Positions 38,472 through 46,264 of a stretch of 64,000 nt of DNA are shown here, piece after piece. Position 1 is the stretch's first letter. Each line of letters begins with the position of its first letter. The position numbers and the translations under genes were made by a program. This stretch comes from Promethearchaeia archaeon (GTDB taxonomy: Archaea; Asgardarchaeota; Lokiarchaeia; Sigyniarchaeales; SOKP01), in the NCBI GenBank assembly GCA_029856125.1, contig JAHQWJ010000080.1:1-64000 (forward strand), written 5' to 3'. Below the pieces are notes generated by a model that saw only the letters and a program-made list of their open reading frames with translations, made no database searches and had not been told where the DNA came from.

Positions 38472-39656
38472 TTAGTGTTTGGTGAAAATAGCATCCATGA
38501 TAGGCTTTAGTTGCTTTGGGTTTATAACCATAAAGTAGTAATCGTAATTCAAGACATTGTCGTTAAAGTATCGAAAATTATTTATATCATTTTTTTTTGA
38601 AGCGTTTAATATCCCGATATTGCGTAAATTAACGATTAAATGCTTAAATTCCTCTATATCCTTTGTATAATCTAATGATTCACATGTTACATGATACAAT
38701 TCTCTTAATTCCCCGATAGTTATATAAAGATTTGCTTTTTTTAGAAAATAATTAGATAAATTATCCAGAAAAATCAGGTTTAACAGATCTGATTCTGAGA
38801 TATAGCTTATCATACTAAATTCATCTGTAATTTGAAGCGTGTCAAATTGGCTTTGAAGAATATCATAAATCTCGAACTTTTTTAAAGTCATTTTTTGATT
38901 TAAAACAGGATAAAGCTCTCTCAAAATTTCAATACCTTTTCCTGGAACAGGTACGTGGTGCTCGAAAATTAAATCAGTAATTAAATCTATTAACTCTTTA
39001 TCGATTTCATTGAAGAACGCCAAAGAAATTCTTTGCTTTATAATATCGTTAAGCTCGGAGAATGAAAAGTAGTCTAATTTCTTTTTAAAGTCAAATTCGC
39101 TCAAAATCTCCAGGATTGACGATCTTAATACTTGATTACCAGTAGATATTACGTTAATTTTGTTTTCTTTGCCGTATTTTAAAAATTTTCTAAAAGTCTC
39201 TGGTTGTATGTGTTCAATATTATTAAACACTAGAGTTATATTATGATCTACTTTTCTACATACAAGCTTAAACAAGTTCCATAAATCCAAGATAGAAGAA
39301 TTTAGAAACGAATTATAATCAAAATTGATGTTCTTTTTCCTTCCAACTTCAGCTATTAACGAAACTAATATCTCTTCCACAGTTTTTTCAGCGCAATCAA
39401 TTTGGATTTTTATAAGTTCAGTATTTAAAGTAGAAATATCGTTCAAGACCTTGTTTACAATAACTTTTTTCCCAATTCCTTGTAAACCAGAAAATAATAT
39501 ATTTAGTTGAAATTCATCTAGTATTGAATCTTTAAGAATTGAATAAAGCGATTTTTCTTCTGATTTTCGATGTAATATTTTAGGGGGGATATATGATTGA
39601 TCAAATAACGCTCTTGGACCAACGAATTCACTATTTATCCTTTGTGGAGAAATCAT
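38472..39656 (-). CDS. Orc1/Cdc6-like protein with degenerate ATPase motifs
   Basis: LFDQSYIPPKILHR N-terminal motif, GLQGIGKK (Walker A), LVFNNIE (Walker B), YFSFSELNDIIKQR, C-terminal winged helix. Confidence 0.8.
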   Translation of the reverse strand: MISPQRINSEFVGPRALFDQSYIPPKILHRKSEEKSLYSILKDSILDEFQLNILFSGLQGIGKKVIVNKVLNDISTLNTELIKIQIDCAEKTVEEILVSLIAEVGRKKNINFDYNSFLNSSILDLWNLFKLVCRKVDHNITLVFNNIEHIQPETFRKFLKYGKENKINVISTGNQVLRSSILEILSEFDFKKKLDYFSFSELNDIIKQRISLAFFNEIDKELIDLITDLIFEHHVPVPGKGIEILRELYPVLNQKMTLKKFEIYDILQSQFDTLQITDEFSMISYISESDLLNLIFLDNLSNYFLKKANLYITIGELRELYHVTCESLDYTKDIEEFKHLIVNLRNIGILNASKKNDINNFRYFNDNVLNYDYYFMVINPKQLKPIMDAIFTKH

Positions 39657-39823
39657 TTTATTTTTTATTTTTTATTTTTTATTATTAGTTTAAAAATTTA
39701 TATTTAAACCCCCCGGGAGATGGGTCATTGGATCTAAAACTGCTCAAATTTAAATTTGAAATTCACTCTGCAAATTGATAAAAAATTAGAACCAATTTTA
39801 AGAAAAGTTTATGTCTTTCTTAT

Positions 39824-40639
39824 TTAATTAGTTTTTCTTATGATAATTTCATTTTTTTCTATAACTTCTTTAAATCTCAATTTTCTCAGTTTTTTTGGAA
39901 ATGCTAAATCAATCTCATCATATATGTATCCACTCGAATCAATGGGGCCTTCAATTACCCTTAGTTTTGAAGGTGATATAAAATCTTTTTCAAACGATAT
40001 TATTTTACTATTTCCTGGGAATTTCCTTTTCATTATAGTTCCAAAAGTGTTACATGCTACAACTGGTATCCTATTTTCTAGAGCTCGAGTTTTTAAATAT
40101 GTTTTCCAATTTAACATCCCCTCTACACTGATTTGCGTAGGAGAAAACAATAAATCAGCCCCGCTTTCTGCAGCTAACCTAGGGGTTTCAAAAAACGCCA
40201 TGTCAAAACAAATTAAAATTGTAAAACTGATTTTTTTAAATGAAAAAACTATTAATTCTTTACCTGGTTCAAAGTTAAGCTTTTCATATGAATAAAGGTG
40301 TATTTTATCTTGTCTATAAATCTCATCTCCATTATTATCAAAGAAATAGCTAGTGATTCTCGGTTTAACCGTATCTTTTCTTTTTTCCCACAGAGCTCCT
40401 GATATTATACCTATTCCGTATTCTTTTGCTAAATTTTTTATAAATTTATAAGTACTTCCCCTTTCTTTTTGAATGTTAAGTTCTTTTTCATTAATAGGTG
40501 ATATCCATCTTTCTGGTAAACATATAATATCACAATTATTGTGGTGTTTAATAAGAGAATTCAATATTTTTTCAACTTCAGAATAACTTTTATCTATTTT
40601 GGGTAAAATTTCTGGTTGAATACAAGCAAGACGTATCAT
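39824..40639 (-). CDS. Carbon-nitrogen hydrolase (nitrilase/amidase superfamily)
   Basis: Glu-Lys-Cys triad: CLPE, DKIHL, ICFD; RALEN. Confidence 0.92.
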   Translation of the reverse strand: MIRLACIQPEILPKIDKSYSEVEKILNSLIKHHNNCDIICLPERWISPINEKELNIQKERGSTYKFIKNLAKEYGIGIISGALWEKRKDTVKPRITSYFFDNNGDEIYRQDKIHLYSYEKLNFEPGKELIVFSFKKISFTILICFDMAFFETPRLAAESGADLLFSPTQISVEGMLNWKTYLKTRALENRIPVVACNTFGTIMKRKFPGNSKIISFEKDFISPSKLRVIEGPIDSSGYIYDEIDLAFPKKLRKLRFKEVIEKNEIIIRKTN

Positions 40640-41394
40640 TAGGCTTTTCCGATATAAAATTTTTTATTTATTTCATTGATAATATTAAAAAGTTCGTCTA
40701 GCCTTGAAATTTCATAATCAGGTTTGTTTTCCTCAGAAATGGTTTCACCTGTAACATGGATATCATATTTTCCACCACGATGTATGTAAACGCTATGGAT
40801 TTTATTAGATTTAGCAGGTATTATATCTTTGTATAGGTTATCTCCAACATAAAGTGTTTCGTGTCCCTTTACCTTAAATTTCTTTAAACAATAAGAAAAT
40901 AGTTCAGGATTTGGTTTTCTAATTCCAATTTCGTCAGATATTACGACTAAATCAATTAAATCGTCTATTCCAAGGCGTAAAATCTTCTCATATTGTTTGA
41001 TAGGAATTCCATCCGTTATAATAGCAGTTTTAATTGAAGATTTTTTAAGTTTTTCCAAGCAGTTTAAAACATCATCGTAAAGTTGAATATGCTTAATTTT
41101 TTGACTATGGTAAGCCATTACCGCTACTGTGATATATCTAATTTGCTCATTAAAATTTATCGCGTAATTTTCATGCTGGTTTAATCTCCTAATAAAGTAA
41201 TTGTAGTGCTTTGAAGAATTAGAACCATATTCAGCGACGATTTCTTGGATTAAGATCAAGGCTTTTTGCCTCTTAATTTTTAAACCTAAGCTTATCATCG
41301 CATCTATACCCTTAATTCTTGCTCTTTGAGAAAGACCTGTTGAATCGAAAAGGCAGTCATCGAGGTCGAATCCTACAAGTTTTATAGGGCACAT
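40639..41394 (-). CDS. HAD superfamily hydrolase (YjjG-like)
   Basis: FDLDDCL, ITDG, RKP, VGDNLYKD. Confidence 0.93.
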   Translation of the reverse strand: MCPIKLVGFDLDDCLFDSTGLSQRARIKGIDAMISLGLKIKRQKALILIQEIVAEYGSNSSKHYNYFIRRLNQHENYAINFNEQIRYITVAVMAYHSQKIKHIQLYDDVLNCLEKLKKSSIKTAIITDGIPIKQYEKILRLGIDDLIDLVVISDEIGIRKPNPELFSYCLKKFKVKGHETLYVGDNLYKDIIPAKSNKIHSVYIHRGGKYDIHVTGETISEENKPDYEISRLDELFNIINEINKKFYIGKA

Positions 41395-41544
41395 AAGCTC
41401 TTAGGAAAAACCTTAAATTACATTTAATTGAAATAAATTTATTTATTTTTACGAATATATAACCTTTAATATTAATTTATTCTATGTAAAACTGAAATTA
41501 GTTTGAAGAGATTTTTAAAACTATATATAACGGAGATTCGTTAA

Positions 41545-42705
41545 TTGAAACCAATTGTCGCATTATCTTATTTTCATCGAAAGATTGGTCCACTAGTGTT
41601 TTATTCATATCCTGAAAATATGCTAGGTGAACAACTTTCAACGAGAATAGCGAATATAATGGATCAAACAGTAAGCGAAGGATTTTTTACTCATTCTTTT
41701 GAACAAAATATCTCAAACAACTATTATTTTGAAATTCATTCTGATTGGGCTCGTGGAAATAAGGAAATGTTAATGGTCTCTATAATTTTTGATCAACAAA
41801 TAAATTTGGAAATAGAGCAAAATGTAAACATCTTATGCACTGAATTTCTTGAAAAATTGCTCTCTAATGAGGAAATTTTCACTGCGTTTTATGTAAATGA
41901 TATAAATAATTTTGAGGAACAAGACAAAGACCTTATCTATAAAAACAATTCTTTAATAAAATTATGGGTTAAGGAATTATATTGGGCAGCACTTGAAGAT
42001 ACAAGAGAAAAAAGCGAGGAAGAGAAGATTGCCACATTATTAAATAAAAGACATGTTTTTTTAATGTTAAAGAAACTTTCAAAAGGCCCAATTGCTTTAG
42101 ATGGATTAAGAGAATGGTATAACACCGCGTTTCCAAAATTAGATTTTAAAGAGTTAATCGACACTTTAGTCTCCAAACAGTTTATTTTCATAAATCAAAT
42201 TGGGATTGTAGAAAAGTACGTGTTATTATTGAAGGAAGTTAATGCTGAAAGAATACCCCCCGATAGCGTAATTGAATATATTGATGAAAATCCCGATTTA
42301 ATTGAACTTGAACTAATTGAATTATTACTTCCAAAAGTACAAGAGTATTTTAGTATTTATGAAAATAAAAATCAAAAAGAATTGGAGGAAGATACATTCG
42401 CTTTATTTCAAATTGTTTCTGATCCAAAAAAATACAATCTGCTATCAGAATTAAGAAATGGGCTAATTTCAAAAGATAAATTACCAAAATTAGTCTCAAA
42501 AAGAGCACTTGACCACCTCAACTCTTCATTGTCCTTCCTAAAAAAATATGATGTAATTGAAGAATTAAAATATAAAGACGAACGATATATTTTTTTAAAA
42601 ACTGATATTCAGATCAGTACGGCCTTTCCCGAGTATTTGAGAAAATCGTTGCCTCAGGAATCTAAGCCAGTAATTGCAAAAAAGTATAAACCAAAAGGAG
42701 ATTAG
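41545..42705 (+). CDS. Longin/uDENN-like (NPRL2-like) domain protein with C-terminal winged-helix-like segments
   Basis: N-terminal VALSYFHRKIGPLVFYSYPE and DWARGNKEMLMVSI; two HTH-like C-terminal segments. Confidence 0.65.
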   Translation: MKPIVALSYFHRKIGPLVFYSYPENMLGEQLSTRIANIMDQTVSEGFFTHSFEQNISNNYYFEIHSDWARGNKEMLMVSIIFDQQINLEIEQNVNILCTEFLEKLLSNEEIFTAFYVNDINNFEEQDKDLIYKNNSLIKLWVKELYWAALEDTREKSEEEKIATLLNKRHVFLMLKKLSKGPIALDGLREWYNTAFPKLDFKELIDTLVSKQFIFINQIGIVEKYVLLLKEVNAERIPPDSVIEYIDENPDLIELELIELLLPKVQEYFSIYENKNQKELEEDTFALFQIVSDPKKYNLLSELRNGLISKDKLPKLVSKRALDHLNSSLSFLKKYDVIEELKYKDERYIFLKTDIQISTAFPEYLRKSLPQESKPVIAKKYKPKGD

Positions 42706-42711
42706 GATTCT

Positions 42712-42963
42712 ATGAGTAAGGAGGAAGAATCTCTTCAAGATTTAAAATGCTTACTTGGGAACATGGGTATTGAAATATTTTTCGCAATCGAAAAGGGAGC
42801 AAAAGATTATGAAAGTATGAAATTATTCTCAGGATTACCAATGGCTTGCATTAAAGGACGGGTACCGGTTCTCCTCGAATTAAAACTCGTAAAAAAAGAT
42901 ATCGAGGGTTATATTTTAACGAAAAAGGGTTTGAGCTTTAAGAAAAAGATCGAAAACGATTAA
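42712..42963 (+). CDS. Small winged-helix protein
   Basis: SGLPMACIKGRVPVLLELKLV...YILTKKG pattern; 6 nt downstream of the longin gene. Confidence 0.7.
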   Translation: MSKEEESLQDLKCLLGNMGIEIFFAIEKGAKDYESMKLFSGLPMACIKGRVPVLLELKLVKKDIEGYILTKKGLSFKKKIEND

Positions 42964-42969
42964 TCAATA

Positions 42970-43054
42970 AATTTAAATTTCAGTTTGGGGCGACAGCGTC
43001 ATCGCTTTGAGCAAAGCTCTTTCGATTGTCATAAGTTCATCATTAATTTAAATT
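42970..43054 (-). ncRNA. Box C/D methylation guide sRNA, predicted target 23S rRNA P-loop G2251 equivalent
   Basis: C box ATGATGA 43043-43037, C' box GCGATGA 43005-42999, D box CTGA 42983-42980, 10-bp terminal stem (aatttaaatt at both ends); D guide CGCTGTCGCCCCAAA. Confidence 0.8.
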
Positions 43055-43063
43055 CTTATTTCT

Positions 43064-43609
43064 TTATAATTCACCGTCAGTTAAATTTTTTTTCCTAGGG
43101 AATTTCCTTTCGTAATATCCTGGCGTTTTTAAACCACCAGATTCAAGAATTAATTCTTTTAATCCCCCCTCTTCCTTTAAACGGTTTTTTATTCTGTGAT
43201 AATCCATGGGACTTAATTTTTTTTGTTCTAAAAGAAAGTCCAATATTTTTAAAGCATCCTTGGTTTCTGTGCATCTTCTGAGGAAGTCAATAACTCTAGG
43301 ATTTTTTAAATCTTCGCAATAGGGTTCTTTTGGAAGCCCTAGAATCTCTGCTTGTTCCGGCTCGATATCATCACCCACTCCTTCGATCTTGAGAGTTTTT
43401 TTTTTAACAGATAATTCATGCATTAATTGAGGGAATTGAGCCTCTAAATCGCTTTTATCGTATGAAAGGTTCAATCCCTCTTCATCGCTAATTTCAAGGT
43501 TTTTCTTCAATTTAATTTCTAGAGTATTTTTCACTTTGTTTTCTTCTTCTTTTTCTTTCATTTCCTTATTTGCTATTTTATTTTTTCTGATATTTTTCTT
43601 ATTTTCCAT
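43064..43609 (-). CDS. DUF2095-like archaeal protein
   Basis: FPQLMHEL...PRVIDFLRRC...ALKILDFL...KTPGYYER. Confidence 0.75.
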   Translation of the reverse strand: MENKKNIRKNKIANKEMKEKEEENKVKNTLEIKLKKNLEISDEEGLNLSYDKSDLEAQFPQLMHELSVKKKTLKIEGVGDDIEPEQAEILGLPKEPYCEDLKNPRVIDFLRRCTETKDALKILDFLLEQKKLSPMDYHRIKNRLKEEGGLKELILESGGLKTPGYYERKFPRKKNLTDGEL

Positions 43610-43763
43610 GTTCCAAGTGATAACACATTCAAGGTTGTATTAGGTATAATTATAAATTTAAAACTATAAAATTATCGACAATCATATAAAAAGATGAAAT
43701 AATAAAATTAATTAATTTTCCATTATTTCAACATTTATTATACTATTGGAGTTTGCTTAAATC

Positions 43764-44348
43764 TTGAAGTCTGGATATAGTTATGTGAAAGATACATTCG
43801 AAAAACACGAAACTGGATATCAAACTAATCACTGGAATAGAGGAATTGAATATAGAAAAGGAAAGTCTATCGAACGAGTTGAAAAACCGACTAAATTGCA
43901 TAGAGCACGTACTTTAGGGTATAAGGCAAAACAAGGATATGTGGTTGTTCGAGCTAGAATCCGAAAAGGTGGGATGCATAAAGTTAGACCTAAAAGAGGG
44001 AGAAAACCTCGAGCAATGGGTGTTTCTAAGTACACAACTGGTAAAAATTTACAATGGGTAGCTGAAGAACGCGTACAGCGAAAATATCCAAATTTAGAGG
44101 TTCTGAATAGCTATAAAGTATATGCCGATGGAAGGAATTGGTACTACGAAGTTATTATGGTGGACAAGAATCATCCAGTTATTAAATCAGACCCAAAAAT
44201 TAATTGGATTTGCGAACCTCAACACACAAGAAGAGTAACTCGTGGTTTATCTGCTTCTGGAAAGAAAGCACGTGGATTAAATAAGAAGGGATGGGGTTCT
44301 GAAAAAACTCGACCAAGCTTAGGTGCTAATAAGGGGCGTGGCAAGTAA
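43764..44348 (+). CDS. rpl15e: 50S ribosomal protein L15e
   Basis: RVEKPTK..RARTLGYKAKQG, VAEER, NLEVLNSY, RGLSASGKKARGL. Confidence 0.98.
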   Translation: MKSGYSYVKDTFEKHETGYQTNHWNRGIEYRKGKSIERVEKPTKLHRARTLGYKAKQGYVVVRARIRKGGMHKVRPKRGRKPRAMGVSKYTTGKNLQWVAEERVQRKYPNLEVLNSYKVYADGRNWYYEVIMVDKNHPVIKSDPKINWICEPQHTRRVTRGLSASGKKARGLNKKGWGSEKTRPSLGANKGRGK

Positions 44349-44456
44349 CTTTTAATTTTAACACTTACTCCTCTTAAAAAAGTTCTAATTTTTACTTCAA
44401 AACTTTAATAATTATAGGAAACTTTGATATTTTGATCTAATTTTTCTGATGAAATC

Positions 44457-44663
44457 TTGAGATTGTTCAATATGGAGCTAGATAATTTTGCTAGAGATTA
44501 TATTTTTTTAGGATTGCGGATCAACAAACATATCAATGGATATGTTGAACATTATTATGGTCCTCCCAAAAAAAAAAGAATGATGGTTTCTCATCAAGAG
44601 AAACTTACGGAACTGCATCTCCTGCGTGTGGCATGTTTGTTTTCACCATATACATTACTTTAA
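44457..44663 (+). pseudogene. Probable truncated gene remnant
   Basis: Protein-like start MELDNFARDYIFLGLRINKHINGYVEHYYGPP runs into an A-run at about 44567-44577, then loses coding character. Confidence 0.5.
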
Positions 44664-44883
44664 AAATCTAATTACTTACAATAAAAATTCAAAAAAGACA
44701 TATTAAAACAACACCATTTTTACTGAAATAATATTAAGTGAGAAGTAATTAATACCACAAAGTTATCCCTTGTCTTATCTACTTAGTAATAAAAGTAAAA
44801 TTTTAATTAATTGCAAATTATTTAATTATATTAAAACAAAATAATATATTTTTTTAGAACTCAGGACTCGTAGCCTAGCATGG

Positions 44884-44912
44884 CTGTTTTTACTCCAGTA
44901 TAAATGGTGTAA
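44884..44912 (+). other. tRNA intron in D loop (position 19/20), 29 nt
   Basis: BHB: exon helix CCTA/TAGG, central helix GCAT/GTGT, bulges GGC and AAA. Confidence 0.85.
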
Positions 44913-44953
44913 ATAGGGCGTCGGACTTCTAATCCGAATGTCGCAGGTTCGAA

Positions 44954-44984
44954 ATTATGAATTAAAAAATAATTCAAACGAATA
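44954..44984 (+). other. tRNA intron in T loop (position 59/60), 31 nt
   Basis: BHB: exon helix GCAGG/CCTGC, central helix TTCG/CGAA, bulges AAA and TAT, intron stem TGAATTA/TAATTCA. Confidence 0.9.
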
Positions 44985-45181
44985 TCCTGCCGGGTCCGCT
45001 TAATTTCAAAATAAGAATATTATATATGGCTTGAACTCATCGTAAGCAGGTGATTTAAGTCTAAAGGATAAATCTTTTCTACAAAAATTAATAAATCATT
45101 AATATGAGTTTTTTTTTATATTTGATGCATATTAGATAATAAATTAATATTTTTGAATAACCTTTATGAACCAAGAATTCC

Positions 45182-45907
45182 ATGCTAAAGAAAAAATTAT
45201 TTATTCATCAAAATATCCCATATGCCTTTAACTGGAATATCGTACACCATAAACAAAAAATTTCCCCTAAGAACCCTTATCGAGAGGAATTTAAAAACTT
45301 AGGTTCTTATTTTAAGAAGATTTACCAAGGGACCATACCGAATGAGTTATTCAATATACGGAACCTTCCGCGCGTCTCGCAATTTAAGATCAGAGGATTG
45401 AAACCCGCCTTTATAAATAGTTTTAGTAAAAGTTTAATTCGAGAGGGAAAAATAACGCATTATGGTTCAGATTCAAAATTACCTAATTATGCCAATAATG
45501 TTTATGAAAATTTTAGAATTAATGAAATTGGTAAAAAACCTGGACACGAACCGATTCTAAAGAATATTTTAATCAAAGATAGCAATTCTGTTGCGATTGA
45601 AATACCCATATGGAAAAAAATTGATAATAAAGTAATAACCGGACATATTGATCTTATCCAAATTGAAAATAATCTCGTCAAGGTAATAGATTATAAACCA
45701 GAAGGAAAATTTATGATTTCTCTACCACAAGTTGCCACATATGGTCTTTTAATTAAGTCTATGTTCAATTTACATAAAATTAAGTGCGTTTCCTTTAATA
45801 AGAAGGAGGCTTGGGAATACGATCCAGATATTTTATTGTCTGATGTTAAAAACTACTTAATCTCACAGAGAATTAACAATAGAAATTGGGAAGATTTCTT
45901 GATATAG
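45182..45907 (+). CDS. PD-(D/E)XK (RecB-like) nuclease
   Basis: AIEIPIW...TGHIDLI...VIDYKP...QVATY. Confidence 0.85.
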   Translation: MLKKKLFIHQNIPYAFNWNIVHHKQKISPKNPYREEFKNLGSYFKKIYQGTIPNELFNIRNLPRVSQFKIRGLKPAFINSFSKSLIREGKITHYGSDSKLPNYANNVYENFRINEIGKKPGHEPILKNILIKDSNSVAIEIPIWKKIDNKVITGHIDLIQIENNLVKVIDYKPEGKFMISLPQVATYGLLIKSMFNLHKIKCVSFNKKEAWEYDPDILLSDVKNYLISQRINNRNWEDFLI

Positions 45908-45914
45908 GTAAAAT

Positions 45915-46187
45915 CTACTTCATTTTTGTTTTAGCTTTTTGGATTGATTTATTACGCCCCTCTTCTTTTGGAATGACATATCTTCGAAGTAATAAGTAAC
46001 TTATAATAATACCAATAACTTCAATGGTAATTCCAGCAAAAGCAATTATAGTTCCATTAAAACCAATAAATCTTAGGTATATTGCAAAACCTAAGCCAGA
46101 AATTGTAAGTCCTACTAGAAGTATTCCAATTAAAATCTGTGAAAACGAAGATTTTATGAATCCTAATTCCTTTTTAAACCAAGACAT
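45915..46187 (-). CDS. Small two-TM membrane protein
   Basis: Two hydrophobic helices and a basic tail. Confidence 0.7.
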   Translation of the reverse strand: MSWFKKELGFIKSSFSQILIGILLVGLTISGLGFAIYLRFIGFNGTIIAFAGITIEVIGIIISYLLLRRYVIPKEEGRNKSIQKAKTKMK

Positions 46188-46264
46188 AAGTAAATCAAAT
46201 TAATTAATAGAGTTTTAGTATAAAATTCTAAGTAAAGTAAATAATATTAATTTTAAAATTTTTG

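Larger units (their letters stand above)
44864..44998 (+). tRNA. tRNA-Arg(TCT) with two non-canonical introns
   Basis: GGACTCG/CGGGTCC acceptor, anticodon arm TCGGA-CT TCT AA-TCCGA. Removing 44884-44912 and 44954-44984 restores D loop AGCATGGATA and T loop TTCGAAT. Confidence 0.92.

Noticed and set aside
39657-39823. Replication origin next to the cdc6-like gene
   Set aside because: The spacer is only about 165 bp with a single partial ORB-like element and no repeated ORBs.
45182-45907. Cas4 assignment for the nuclease
   Set aside because: It lacks the four-Cys Fe-S ligands and there is no cas context.
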